Shown: positions 15,058 through 29,352, counted from the first letter of the stretch. The stretch: DNA of 64,000 nt from Octopus vulgaris (GCA_951406725.2 OX597824.1:1984001-2048000); one strand, 5' to 3'. The notes: a model not told the origin generated them from the letters alone. Made by a program: numbers and translations.

Positions 15058-15504
15058 AATTTAAACTGCAGTTTTTACCTCTGTAGAAATGGAATGCTCT
15101 ATGACTCACGTGGGCGGACAGGGAGAATAATAGATCTCATTCGTATTTTTGGATTCGCTAGTACTGGATGTCTGGCATAGTTTGTCCGATGTTACAGATA
15201 TCGGACGGGTATGTTTGATTCTTAGTATTTTCAAATCTAAATCAAAAGAAATCTCTGAGCTGATGAAGGAAAAGTGGCGTTTTACCCACAAATCCAGAAA
15301 CAGACTGTCCTCGGGTATCGTATATGGATGTGATCTTTCATTGTTTTTCCCTTATTCCTATGTGAGTTATTTTTCTGAGTATACATTGTCTGGAGACTTT
15401 TATTTGCAGTTGAAGAAATAGCCAAGTTTTTGGCTGCTATTTCGGAAAAGTTCGGTGTGTGGTAAAGTGAATTCTTTTACTTTACCATATTTTTATAAAT
15501 TATG

Positions 15505-15553
<49 letters not shown>

Positions 15554-15605
15554 AGATGTACTCGCATAGCAAGTAATTTGATCTGAGATCGTGTGCTGAA
15601 ACGAA

Positions 15606-16128
15606 AACAATTGCAGCGTGGAAGGTGTTTATAAGCCATTTAAGAAACACACAAAAGCCGTTCGATTCACTTCAACATTTAAGTTTAATTTGTCAAAATA
15701 TTTTCGTCGCTAAAATCTGCGATCTGTTCACTGACAAAGTCCGTGCTGCATCTAAGAAAGTAACAGTTAGTTCGTCATATATATGTACGTATGTATGTGT
15801 GTATGTATGCATACATGTGTGTATGTATGTACGTATGCATGTACGCACATACGCCTGTGTATGCATGTATGTATGTATGTACATGCATACGTACATGCAT
15901 ACGTACATACATACACACATGTATGCATACATACACACATACATACGTACATATATATGACGAACTAACTGTTACTTTCTTAGATGCAGCACGGACTTTG
16001 TCAGTGAACAGGTCGCAGATTTTAGCGACGAAAATATTTTGACAAATTAAACTTAAATGTTGAAGTGAATCGAACGGCTTTTGTGTGTTTCTTAAATGGC
16101 TTATAAACACCTTCCACGCTGCAATTGT

Positions 16129-16129
<1 letters not shown>
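15606..16129. repeat. Near-perfect inverted repeat with 240-bp arms (15606-15845 / 15890-16129) and a 44-bp spacer, PLE pLTR-like
   Basis: Arms are reverse complements with one mismatch seen (15723/16012). The ORF track shows the same peptide on both strands. Confidence 0.95.
15997..16046 (+). ncRNA. Hammerhead ribozyme variant with G3-C8 core (mirror copy 15689-15738 on minus)
   Basis: UUUGUCA-GUGAACA-G-GUCGC(agauuuua)GCGAC-GAAAAUAUUU-UGACAAA: 7-bp stem I, 5-bp stem II, palindromic stem III. Confidence 0.7.
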
Positions 16130-16163
<34 letters not shown>

Positions 16164-16169
16164 ATATAG

Positions 16170-16660
<491 letters not shown>

Positions 16661-16702
16661 TATATACATATATGCGTGTGTGTGTGTGTGTGTGTGCGTG
16701 TT

Positions 16703-16751
<49 letters not shown>

Positions 16752-16761
16752 ATATGTGTGT

Positions 16762-17482
16762 GTATTATTCCTTTAAATGTCACAGTACATGTATTAATGC
16801 GCTATTAATAAACTCATATATTGAGAAAACTCAAAACATACACTTCAGGCGCAAACCACGTATCATAACGATCTAAAGAATTTGAATAATAGGAGAAACA
16901 CATACACAAAAAAAAATGGGAAGTCAGTATATAGAAAATCCAGATAGTAAACAACGGAAAACGAAAAACTTAAAACGAGAAACTGAAGCTAAAATGCAAA
17001 AAATAAAAAGTAAAAAGGCAAACGAGCTTAGACGGTAAATAATAAGGCTGGAAAGGTATCACTCAATCAGGAATAGGCAGAACTTTCCATTCCTTCAAAT
17101 TATATTTATACATTTTTTTCAGTGGTTGCATGCATATGCATAAATATATTTTGAAGAATTGTATAGGTCCGCCTATTTCTGACTCACTTGATATCTTTCC
17201 AGCTTTATTATTTAAGGTCTAAAGAGGATAACTTTTTTACCTTTTTACTTCTTATTTTTTTGGCATTTTAGTTTCTGTATTTCGGTTTTTGTTTTCCGTT
17301 GTTTACTGTCTTCGTTTCTTATACGATGCCTTCTCTGTTTTTTGTGTTACTTCTATTATTCAATTTCTTTAGTTCCTTATGATATGTGGTTTGCGCCTGA
17401 AGAATACATATTTCAGTTTTCTCAATATACGAAACTATTAGCAGCGATTTAATACATATATTGTGACCTTAAATAAATAATA
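16762..17482. repeat. Old inverted pair (arms about 250 bp, spacer about 220 bp) with decayed hammerhead motifs (16798-16853 minus, 17392-17446 plus)
   Basis: cttcaggcgcaaaccac/gtggtttgcgcctgaag and atattgagaaaact/agttttctcaatat are mirrored. The right arm reads UGCGC-CUGAAGA...AAUAUAC-GAAAC. Confidence 0.75.
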
Positions 17483-17546
17483 TTTATCTCTCAACAAATG
17501 AAGCACTCGTTTAGTTGAATTTTTTTTCAAGGATCAATACATTTTA

Positions 17547-18390
17547 TATCGGGTCATCCCATAAGTTCTGTCCGATTTTACACTTTTCAAAATTGAATGA
17601 AATTTAATGGTATTTTAGAATGTCTAATGGAACTTAAAATTATTTCTATGTATTTGCGTACGTTTAAGCTAATTAAATATTATTTTACTGAATAATATAA
17701 TTAAAGTTTCTTTGATTAAAACCCTTTCTAACATGGAAGTATCCAAAGAGCATTTGAGGTACATAATGCTTTATGAGTACAAAAAAGGAAACTCTGCAGC
17801 CGAAGCGACTCGAAATATACATTCAGTTTATGGGAAAGAATGCTTGAATGAAAGAACTTGCAGAAGATGGTTTGCAAATTTCAGAAGTGGAGATTTCATC
17901 CTAGAAGATGAAGATCGAACAGGACGTCCAGTTGAGTTTGATGATAAGCTCCTTGAAGCATTATCAGTTGAAGAGTTGGCAATAAAGCTTAGTTCAAACC
18001 ATACAACTGTTCATCGTCATCTTCAACAACTTGGAAAGATTCCTAAACTTGGAAAATGGGTGCCTCATGAATTGTCCCAAAGCAACCGCAAATCCCGAGT
18101 TGACATCTGCTCTTCTCTCCATTCTCGCGAACTCATTTCATCCTTTTTGGATAGACTTGTGACTGGGGACGAAAAATGGATCTTCTATTGAAATGTTAAA
18201 TGTCGAGAACAGCGGCTTGGTAAAAGGAAAAAAAGCTCAATCACAACCGAGAAGGGAACTTCATGGGAAACTCAAGTCTACTGTCAGCAATTAGGGCGTT
18301 TGAAATAAGCTTTAAAGAAAAAGACTCGCTTTAGTGAATCGAAAAAGGAGTGATGTTTCATCAGGACACACTGCACGACCCCGATACTTA
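17547..18390 (+). mobile_element. Mariner transposon, 3'-truncated pseudogene (ATG at 17733, stop at 18189)
   Basis: MEVSKEHLR..LYEYKKG.SAAEA..NI..VYG, WF..FRSGDF, WVPHEL and LVTGDEKW motifs, then FHQD..RP. A TIR-like tatcgggtcatcccataagttc lies upstream. Confidence 0.93.
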
Positions 18391-18599
18391 TGATGAATAG
18401 AGATAGAGGTATAAAAATAATAATAATAAGTAGACAAATAAATAGATAAATATATAGATATATCTGTCACATACCTGTAATAAATGAAAGGCAGAGATAT
18501 ATAAAATAAATAAATAAACTATATAAAGGTCATAGATACAGTAATAAACGAGTGAAGAAATAATATATGGTGCGTGTGTTTATTTGGCAAAATAAAACA

Positions 18600-19335
18600 T
18601 GGCCATACCAAAATACAACAATAATACAAGATTTATACAAATATCAACAAAACACCGGCGAAACAAAGTAACATCAGGCTGACGAAAACATTTCCAAGGC
18701 AATGAAATCAACGAAGCAATTTTTGACGAAGCTGTAAGTTAAAATAGAATGGAGTAATAAAATGTATGCTAAAACAAAAATAGGAAAGGGCACGTGATTT
18801 TACAGTCTCTTAGAAAATATAGAAGTTAGGTGGATATAAGTTAATAAATAACCGAAATTTGAAGGATACCAGATTGTGAACACAGGATGAAAGTCTTTTC
18901 ATGGAAATATATTAAAACTTGCAGAATATATGTGATGAATAAAAGCAACTGCTAGCATTCACTCTTGCCAGTCAGTCTTTGCCAATGTCGAAATGGATCT
19001 ACCAGCTTTACAGCTATATTTTTCGTTCAATGTCAACAGAAAATAGATAGCACCTTCTTACACTGGAATAGTTTCAAAGAAATCCTAGGATATATGAGTG
19101 AACCATATAAATGAAGATACCCAGTTTATAAAGAAAATGGAAAATTTTTTTTCTAATATAAAGATCTGGAAATCGAGATAAATAGAGTATTGGAAATGAA
19201 AAACGAGCGAACCGCTATCTTAATAGATACGTTGGAAATAATTTCAGAAAGAAGAAAAATACGCAATTAAAATGCTTCTTGTTACACAAATAAAACAGCA
19301 TGGAGGAAAGATCATCATTAGGCACCAAAAAGAGA
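18600..19335 (+). mobile_element. R4/Dong-like LINE C-terminal remnant
   Basis: EG....QD.SL, CRIC-like knuckle and YKDLEIEINRV..MK...LGT motifs, heavily frameshifted. Confidence 0.6.
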
Positions 19336-19715
19336 GTGGATCGTGTTCTACTGATACACTAAAAGTATCAAATCAACACAAAATAATGCGTGAAAGAACG
19401 ACACACAAAGCTCCGATGAGCTGAGTTTAAAGCAGAGAATAACGTTAGAGTTACTGGGAAAATGGCTAATTATATTCAACAAGAAAAAGCAACAAAGAAA
19501 CAAGAGTACTAGCCGTTGCGGGTGATGCTGCTTGTTTATATATAATCTAGAAATATATCACGGAGAGTTTCAGCAAGTTGAACAAATTAAAGTAAACTAT
19601 TTCAAGTTATTTCATCAATCCTCTGCCGAAAACCTGATGAAGAATATATGGATAGCAATAAAGAAAAGGATTAGGTTCATGATGACGACAGCCGAAATGA
19701 TGATGATAAGGATGA

Positions 19716-19749
<34 letters not shown>

Positions 19750-20796
19750 GGGGATGTTGATGAAGGCGCTGGCGGTGCTGGGTCGGTAGTGCTAGTGATA
19801 TAGGAATAACGAGGACAATAATAATTGATATTACCATGTTTAGTAGGAGATCATATCGATTAGCCCGATCAGCCCGTATGTAATTAGACAGATGTATGTA
19901 ATGCAAACTAGCCAGGTTAAAAGAAAGATAATGAGCCTGTGTGTGCGTGTGTGTCTGTGCGTGTGTCTGTGTGTGCACATTGCAAAAACAGATACGTATA
20001 TATATACGCCCACTATTCTTATGCATGTGTTTAAGTGTATATATATATATGTGTGTGTGTGTGTGCGTGTACACACAATAATACTTTCACAATAATCCAC
20101 ACTCGAACAAACACGAACGCATTCATAATGTCATTCACTCACGTAAATATTATCTTTGAAAAAAATTTTCTTTCTGGGAAGTTCATTGATTTTTCCACTG
20201 ATTGCTTCCCTCCATCTTTGTGGCTTTTTATTTGTCTCTCTCTTTCTCCCCCTCTCTTTCTCTCCCTGTACCGTCCTCAGTTGCCTCTACTTGTTTTTTT
20301 TTCCTTTTCTCTAGTCTCTCGTGTTTTCTTTTTTCACTCCCTTCATTCAATATTGTTGATGCATTTCTTCTCGTAAGTTCTATTACATCTGAGTTCTACT
20401 TATTACAACGTTATCCTTGAAATTTCTTCTCTTTTTAGTTTCAGAAACACAAACACAACAACAGCATTTCCATTCATCTCATCCTTAATGCAGTTCTAAA
20501 TATTGTTCCGATTTCCTTTCTTGCTTTGTTATTTCATCCTGAACAATATATATCGCTGTTGAGGCCATGGAGCTATAACACCTTGATTGTAAATTATTGA
20601 AACGTTAGCCCAATGCCACTGAAATCACACTATGTGCGTTTTTGAAAAGGCACGACGGTACCCAGAGAAAACTAGCCCTATGAGTATTCAGCACCTAAGG
20701 GGCTGGTCCAAATCACGCGTTACGTTGAATTGTACGTTGATGGTATACTCTAGGGTGTCCTACAAGTCATAAATCCCCTTGGTGTATTATAATTAA

Positions 20797-22670
20797 AGGA
20801 ATAATAACATGCGATGGATAATTACAGCTGTTTCTTACATCTGTTTCATTGCAGACGTTTCTTACGAATCTTTTTAATAAAAGAACGAAAACATTACTCC
20901 ATTGCAAAGAAAACCGTAATCAGCAGATGAAACGTAATTTTACAAACAAAAGAATATCCAAGATTTCAGCAGGGACGTGGATGAAGTCTGTCGAGGCCAA
21001 CTATGAAATGAGAGGATGACCAACTAAGTTGACCGTTGAGGTTAAGAATATAGTCTGTAAAAAGAGTGTAAAATGATATCTAAGGTCAGCGACTCAGATG
21101 AGATAGGAGTCGGCAGGACTGGTTCTTATATTGGCTGATGTGGGGTGTAGGTGATATTTTATTATAGTAGGCTTAGAGCAGTAGGCAGCTGGGGGAAGAC
21201 CGAAGATGAATTAAGGACAAAGAAAGAAAGAATAGAGAAATCATAAAGTAAAGTGAAGAAACATACATGCATAGAAGCCAAATAGGCAAAGGGTCGGGGT
21301 TGAAGGTAGGTTAGCTAAGGCTAAAAGACAAAGGGAAAAGAGTGGCGATACACAGAATTTAGGGGCATTTTGTGGATCTTGGTTGAAAGTTGGGGGAGGA
21401 TACGAAGGCAATCGATGAATAAGATGTAACTTTTAAGAAACTGTTGTGTTAAGCGCGAAAATTTATTTGGGAACGTGGAAAGACGTAAAATGTTACTTTA
21501 GATACGAATATAAGTTAGTGGGGACCGCTTGTAATATGTATAGTGATAAGTGGGGACCGTTTGTAATATTAGGGCGTGTTTTCCTGGAAGAAGGGGTTAT
21601 ATAACAAACTACAGTACGGAGTTAGAGGAAATACCAGATGGGATATCAACGAAAACTAGCTGTATGGAGTAGTCTGATTATTAAGAATATGGAATGTCAT
21701 ATAGGTGGCATTGATATTATTTAATTAGATAGTCTAATCACCAAGGTGAAAATACAGTAATGCAGCTCAGACAAGAGTCGCGGGTTTGGACTGTGTGTTC
21801 CTTCTATTATTTAAGAAGCGCAGCACAAAATGACTGCATCTTGGTGTGAGGATTACTTACCTAGTGGAATTGGAAAAGAACTGGCCACGGTGTGCAAGCT
21901 TTTGCTTCTAGGTTAGATATCTTTGCTATCACTAATGTATAATACTTGGTACACCACAGATAGAATGGTTATTTCCTTCAATATAGCATACCTTGCAACT
22001 ATGGAAAGAGCGATTAGAAAGTAAAGAAAAACGAGACTAGAAGAACTGAAAAGCAAATAAGCAGATCGATCGACTTTGGGGGCAGAAATAGAGGAAGTAA
22101 ATTAGATTTGCCTTAGGTTAGGAGCTATTATAGGAGATCTTTACTGTCCTTAAAATACCTAAAAGTACGCGGAGCCTTATATATACAAGAAAGACGAAGG
22201 TCTAGTCTACTATCTATTAGATTTTCACTATTTGATCTCTATAAAATTTCAAACAACTCCATGCATCAATGACCGTACCCGTATCCGCTGTTTAAGTATG
22301 TTTAGCGACCTTAATGATGTCCCAACTCAAATCAAATTTAAGATTGACGTCCTTGAGCTCCCAAATCTTCTTGGCGAGAGAAGTCCTGCCATCCCAATGT
22401 CTTAATTCAAAGGAAGAATAGTGGTTACTTCAGATTTAAGGAGCAACTGATATAAGTATAAGTGTTGGTCTCCGTCACAACACTATCTGTGTAAACCACA
22501 TTTACTGCTAGACAGTGTCCTTGCTTTGGGTATTCTTTTGCTTGTAAAGTTATGTTCCATTTGATGATTCCGATTTTTTGTAATGGAGCAATATCATCAT
22601 CCTTCTGTTAAAAAGATGCGTAAGAAACAGCTGTAATGAGCTGACAATTATCCATCGTATGTTATAATCC
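20797..22670 (-). mobile_element. Decayed Penelope-like element bounded by inverted pLTRs (about 20797-20962 / 22526-22670)
   Basis: Minus 22520-22260 translates to GHCLAVNVVY..V....YI...NHYSSF....TSLAKKIWELKD..F.LSWDII (PLE GIY-YIG endonuclease). Flanking repeats of about 150 bp are inverted and each carries an HHR-like core. Confidence 0.75.
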
Positions 22671-22729
22671 AACTCATTATATCTGTCTATCTATGTATCT
22701 ATCTTTCTCTCTCTCCCTCTGTCTCTGTC

Positions 22730-22832
<103 letters not shown>

Positions 22833-23068
22833 CACGGTGGTGTAAAAGTAGGTATATAGTTATGAAAAAAGAAAACACCTACAATACTCATTTATTTTTA
22901 TCCCCAAAATTAAAAGTTACGATGAAAGTATTATGTACTATTATAATTAATGACACTGAAAATATCATAAAATGAGGCTAACTAATTTAATACGCTAATA
23001 ATTTTAGTGAATTAATTATTATAACATTCATGTCATACTTACCGTGATACCTACTTTTGTACACCCTG
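22833..23068. mobile_element. Tc1/mariner-type MITE
   Basis: Imperfect TIRs CACGGTGGTGTAAAAGTAGGTAT / ATACCTACTTTTGTACACCCTG, flanked by TA. Confidence 0.8.
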
Positions 23069-23456
23069 TATATATATATATTTTTGTCAACAAAAGAAGG
23101 TGAGAGATAAACAGTATTCAAAAGACATGGAACATGTTTTTATGCGCTAATAATAGATTCTTGTACTGAGAACATGCCAAAACGATGCCTACCTTGCGTG
23201 CACATAAATTCTGTCGCAAAACATCTGCACAGTCAAAACATTTTGAAGCAATCGTCCACCAGATTTGAAGATAATCTAACTAAATTTTTATCATTTCGAG
23301 CCACTCGCCCGGTGAGTATTTCTTCCAAATTTGGCAAAAATCTGATCGACCGTCTTCCAGTAATTTTCCAAAAACACACACAAACAAAGACGTGTGTTTA
23401 CAATATCCTGCTTTCGCTTACGCGCGTAGAGTAGATATTACGTTTCATAACTCCTC

Positions 23457-23790
23457 TTAGTTAGTTAGTTAATTTGGCTCAAAAGCAAATAGCAAGGCCA
23501 TGTAGGGGGACATGGAGTTAAGTACAGGGTGGTGTTCATGTAAAGAGTTCAGGCCACTTGAGGTCAAGGGAGGCTTTGAACAAAGCGGTCGTCGGCATCT
23601 TCACCATCTCGTCTGGCAGCTTGTTCCACGGATCCAGCTTCTGGACTCTTTCGAGATGCTGTATGTCTTTGAGGAGATAAGGAGAAGAGGCTTGAATCCC
23701 GTACTCCAATATGGGTCTCACCAGCGTGACATAAAGTGGTAGGAATATGGCTGCTGTGAGCATTCCGAATGACCGTCGAATCAAGCATTA
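23457..23790 (-). mobile_element. CR1-like LINE 3' end with internal deletion and (TAAC)n tail
   Basis: LYVTLVRPILEYG....SPYL.KDI.HLERVQ...WNKLP..V.....FK..LD. Confidence 0.88.
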
Positions 23791-24486
23791 AATATGTAGA
23801 CAAAAAAGATCAAGTATCAAGCTTTAACTGGCATTTTTCACCTCACACAATTCTGAAGACGTTAGGAATGAGAAAGTTCGGACTTCTAGGTTAAATGGAT
23901 GGTTCGAGTATTTTACCTTTTCCTTTCTCGCTCTGTTCCAGTTAGGATAGTAAGTAGTACATTGAATGGAGGGTCCTATATTTCTCAATATATAGTCAAT
24001 CCTCGCTAATACCTCACTATAAAGGAGGGTGACCCTCCATCGGCTGAAAATTTAGGAATTCTTCTACTTGTTAAAGAATAAAAAATCTATTCCGAGGCCA
24101 ACAAACGCACTGATCATCTGACCAACAACCTAACTACATTCTTTTGGGAGTCTGCATCATCTGAAGTTGAAACACTTAAGCATACACGCAGCTAACAACA
24201 AAGCTCTACATTCACGAATAAATTATATGCTTACAGTCAAATAACTTCGGCGAAATTCAGTTACAAGGAAATAGAGGACACCTAGCGCAGTTTTGGGCTT
24301 AACGGGAAATTACGTGGTTGACGGAGAGTCTTCTTGCCACAAACTAATAAGAGAAGGAAAGTAACAGCCGTGAAATTTGATGTATTTCAAACACTGGTTA
24401 GCTTGACTCAGCTGTTGGCTTCCTGCAACCTTTGAAGTTTTATGTTACTAGCAAAAGAATAATACGAATTCGAACTTACAGATTCA

Positions 24487-24716
24487 TTTCTTTACTACCC
24501 GCAAGGGGCTATACATAGAGGGGACAAACAAGGACAGACAAACGGATTAAGTCGATTATATCGACCCCAGTGCGTAAATGGTACTTAATTTATCGACCCC
24601 GAAAGGATGAAAGGCAAAGTCGACCTAGGCGGAATTTGAACTCACAACGTAACGGCAGACGAAATACGGCTACGCATTTCGCCCGGCGTGCTAACATTTC
24701 TACCAGCTCACCACCT
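24487..24716 (-). mobile_element. tRNA-derived SINE, family B, full-length
   Basis: Minus strand reads ggtgagctggtagaa (A-box-like), gagttcaaattcc (B-box-like), gtcgactttgcctttcatcc. Related copies at 55345, 55592, 46600 and 26000-26330. Confidence 0.85.
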
Positions 24717-25232
24717 TTCGAACTTACAGATTGATGAGAGAGAGAGAGAAAGAGAGACAGAGAGGAGAGACAGACAGAGACACAGAAAGAAAAAGGAAGA
24801 AAGAAAGAGGGAGAGAGGGAGAATGTTGTTCGAGTGATCTTGCATTGAAACAGAATGCAGTTACCACAAAGAACGGTAGAAGGAAAAGAAAAAAAATAAT
24901 GATAAACAAAGCCATGCTGGGCGAACACGAATTATTTTGAAATCAAAGAGTGGACTTCGTTTGATTTACTAATTTTTAGTGCTGTGATTGAATGTTTTCA
25001 AAAGTGAAATAATCATGAAATACATAAATATGCATTAGCTAAAACGAGAAAAAAGCGTAGAAAATGTGTAAGACGTGAGATAAGAATCAGTTGTCGTAAT
25101 TAGAAACGAATTTCAGGAATAATGAGTATAGCGAGTTTTTCAAACAAAGTATAACGAATATGGTTAACAGATCGTTCTTGATAATCTATGTAAGAAAATA
25201 CTATTGATGTAAAGATGAATGATAAAGTGAAA

Positions 25233-25331
<99 letters not shown>

Positions 25332-25354
25332 CTCTCTCTCTATCTCCCTCTCTC

Positions 25355-25427
<73 letters not shown>

Positions 25428-25786
25428 CATCAATACAAATGAAATGCGCAAAATATATAATAGAAATGGATTTCTTGCATATGCTTATTAGATTAAAGAT
25501 ATGCGTGCGTTTAAGTCTATATTTATGCGGGTGTGTTTCTATGTAAGAGAATACGTACGTTTTGAGGTATTTATTCTGTCAGTAGGTGTTGTGAGTTCGA
25601 ATACCGCTGAGGGTAATTTGCCAATCAGTTGAAGCCAATAAAATAGAATACTAGTCTGGTAACCGAGTCGATGGTATTGAGCAACTACCTTTACATAAAT
25701 GCTAACTTTGTTTCTAGATTAAAGCTCACTATTTCAGTGTAGTGATTTGACGGCATCTTTAGAGCGTCGAAAAATGGTTTGTGGTA

Positions 25787-25991
25787 CAGTAATCCTTCGA
25801 CTATCGCGAGTGTTACATTCCAAAACATCCTACAAAACCAATTAAAATCTAAGAAAATATAAATACCTATCGGCCGCAGAGACCCGGATGTACTGAAGAG
25901 TTCGCGATATAAATTTACATATATTAGGCAGAGAAATCCGCGATTGACTGAGTGCGCGATAGGTGAACCGCGATATGGCGACGGATCATTG
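25787..25991. mobile_element. Tigger/pogo-like MITE
   Basis: Imperfect TIRs CAGTAATCCTTCGACTATCGCG / CGCGATATGGCGACGGATCATTG, flanked by TA. Confidence 0.7.
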
Positions 25992-26564
25992 TATTTCTTT
26001 CCTTCTGGTTCAGAACTGAAAGTCCGCCCGAGCCATCTTTACCTTTAATCCCACTGGGATGTAATCGACTTTCCCAATTCCCTTAAATTTGCTGACTTTT
26101 TGCCAAGATTTAAAACAATGTTTCGGTAAGATGCCAGGATTGGTAGCGCGTCGAACAAAACGCTAAGCAAGTACGTCTTCCGACTCATCAGGTTCTGAGT
26201 TTCAATATATCCAGAGTTAAGCTTAATCTATTATCCATCAGAAATCGATGAAATAAAATTCTGCAAACCAAGGTGGGGGTGGCCGTGTAAATCCCCCACC
26301 TCATAATTTTTAGACTTGTTTCAAACTTTGAGCCTAGAAATATTGCTGTTGTTATTATTATTTGTGTATATACAGTGGTTGACATTCTGTCGGTATTGGA
26401 TGGCCATTCAGCAGGTTTGGGTTCCGGGAAAAGATCACATCGACATTATCTGTGTTGCGATTCCAGAATGCCGCAGCAAATAAAAACCTGACTTTTCACT
26501 TAGAATCTAGTTTCGAATAATACATACCAACTCCACACACACACGCACGCGCAGATATATCTTT

Positions 26565-26781
26565 TATCTTTTACCTGTTCCACCCATCAGACTGAGACCA
26601 TGCTGGGGCACCGCCTTCAAGAATTTTGCTTTAGTGTCAAATTTATTGACTCCAGTACTTATTCTATTTGAAGCCTTGTACTTCTCCAACGTTCTCTTTT
26701 GCCGAACCGCTAAGTTCCGTGTATGTAAATACACCGACAATGGTAGTCATACGATCGTGGGGGTACAAACACTGACACAAA

Positions 26782-26825
<44 letters not shown>
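26565..26825 (-). mobile_element. SINE family A, 3' half
   Basis: ccatgctggggcaccgcctt...ttttgccgaaccgctaag match. Confidence 0.75.
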
Positions 26826-26826
<1 letters not shown>

Positions 26827-27379
26827 ATACAATCTTTTTGTTCCAGCATGTCCTATGGAAGTTTGATCTTTTACCTTAATACTTCCGTTTCTTCTGCTTC
26901 CAATGACTGCTACGTCTAACAACATTTTAAATCATTCTCGCTCTTATTCCACGGTGGCAGTCGTTGTTGGATGTGGTTATCTGATTACTTTGTATTTTCT
27001 TGCCCACAAATGTGTCGCCCTTGCTGATTATATCAGCAGACTTAAAATTTCAACGTTAATTCAGCTGACATTATTTTTTTTAATTTATTTCCACCATGTT
27101 GTATCCATTTATTAATTTCGCTTTTATACTTCGCCGTTAAAGTTTTATATTCTGCTTATCAACTAATATTTTTTTCCTGTCTAAGCTTTGTCTTGCTTTC
27201 TATATTCTAATCTTTTGCAAGCAATGTCAACTCACCTTAATCGTAACAGAATGTCTATTAATTAAAAACTTAAACCACGAAATATCACTCACATATTATA
27301 AATCTGTGTATAATAACTCATCGCCAAAGGTATTTTGCTGCTAATGGTTAAATTTTATTCAAGGCAAAGATGGATTAAT

Positions 27380-27720
27380 CCATAGACACAATGCTCTAAT
27401 AATTCCCATGGCCGTTGGTAACAACGTGACAATAAACGTCCCTTCTAAAAATCTATTCATTTTCGCGATGAAGTGGAGAGGGTGTAGAAATAGTGATGGT
27501 CACGTCATCTAATATCAAAGTAAGCCGGTCGAAAGAAAGATATGGCTGCAGGATTTTAACTTTTAGGATATTGGAGATATTGTGCTTACTTATACTTTGA
27601 AATTTCTTGCTAATTAATTTAATCTCAGATTTAAGCAGATTTATCATTTTGCATTGAAGATTAGAAGCAGGTTTATTAGGATTACCTCTGTGATCATCCA
27701 CATGCCAAACGCATTACATA
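27380..27720 (-). mobile_element. Penelope-like reverse-transcriptase remnant
   Basis: DH..N......CKMIN..KSEI.LISK resembles the PLE motif KDHK..F...CRLINP.KSEIG.ISK. A TAMG-like motif lies near 27405. Confidence 0.5.
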
Positions 27721-27775
27721 TTGCCTACGATGTCGTTTATCAACAGTAGTTCGTAAAATTATTTCGTTTGCCCTT

Positions 27776-27809
<34 letters not shown>

Positions 27810-28218
27810 AATTTCATTCATTTCAGTCATTAGGCTGCAGCTATTCTGGGGCACCGCCTTGAATGTGTTTTAGTTGAACATATCGAGCATAGGACGTACA
27901 TTTGAGGTTGAAGATGTCTGACTACCCTTACAGAATTTTAGTTTCGATATCAAATCCATCATGAATCATTTCCATGCTAACGATGTATGGAAAGCTGCAT
28001 CGTAATTCACTTTTTTTTTATATCAAGTTATTATAAATCTTGAAGAATGGAGATGTTTCTCCTGTACGCTTGCGAACAATAGTTTATGATTTCACCCAGC
28101 AGTTTCCAACGCAGATGTTCACTCATTTCGTGTATCTTTTAAACAGTTAGTAACAAGATTTGACAGGTTTATAGAATTTTATATGGCCTGCTCTATCAAA
28201 TATATCTATCTATCTATG

Positions 28219-28316
<98 letters not shown>

Positions 28317-28347
28317 GCTATCAATCTATCTATCTATCAAATCTCTC

Positions 28348-28437
<90 letters not shown>

Positions 28438-28475
28438 TATATCAACCTCTCCCTCTCTCTCTCTCTCTCTGTTTT

Positions 28476-28532
<57 letters not shown>

Positions 28533-28906
28533 GGAGAGAGAGAGAGGTAGATGCAAGCACGAAAAACAGAACTCAAGATATGAGTATATGTCTATTTTTA
28601 TTAATGCTTAGCAAAAATAACGGAGTGACTCAAGGTCTGAGATTTTCATGCGTTGGCAATGGACGAAACTCGCTGACCTTGATTCACTCTATTACTTGTG
28701 CCAAATATCAATAAATATATGTATTTATATTTATACGTATATATTTGCATATCTATCTTTCTATCTACCTATCTCCCTCTCCCTCTCCATATATATATAT
28801 ATATATAAAAATTAATAATAAAATATTAGGGAATAAATCCAAACTTTCAGGGAAAAATCAGATTAAGGACTGAATCCAATTTTATAGTAAAATATTATAT
28901 TATATT

Positions 28907-29287
28907 AAATTAGAGATAAAACCACTATTAGGCAAATCAAACAATGAAAAACTTAAGCCAATACATAAAATTAATTAATTTATATTATTTTAAATATATA
29001 TCAAAATTATTAAAAGTTTAATAAAAGATAATGAGTAAAACACTACGATCGTTTCATGGCTGTCCAATTCGAGTTCTTCAGGTAAGATGAATATTTCAAT
29101 CACCTAAAGATTGACTGTAACCATAACTCGAATTGGACAGCCATGAAACGATCGTAGTGTTTTACTCATTATCTTTTATTAAACTTTTAATAATTTTGAT
29201 ATATATTTAAAATAATATAAATTAATTAATTTTATGTATTGGCTTAAGTTTTTCATTGTTTGATTTGCCTAATAGTGGTTTTATCTC

Positions 29288-29293
<6 letters not shown>
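28907..29293. repeat. Inverted repeat with 169-bp arms (28907-29075 / 29125-29293) and hammerhead-like motifs at the centre
   Basis: Arms appear to be exact reverse complements by eye. Minus arm has CUGAAGA...GAAACGAUCGUA, and plus arm (29101-29159) has CAC-CUAAAGA-stem II-GAAACGAUCGUA-GUG. Confidence 0.93.

Positions 29294-29352
<59 letters not shown>

Noticed and set aside
15106-15490. Minus-strand exon-like segment ending at a GTGAGT donor
   Set aside because: It has in-frame stops, no convincing acceptor and no recognisable domain, and may be decayed TE sequence
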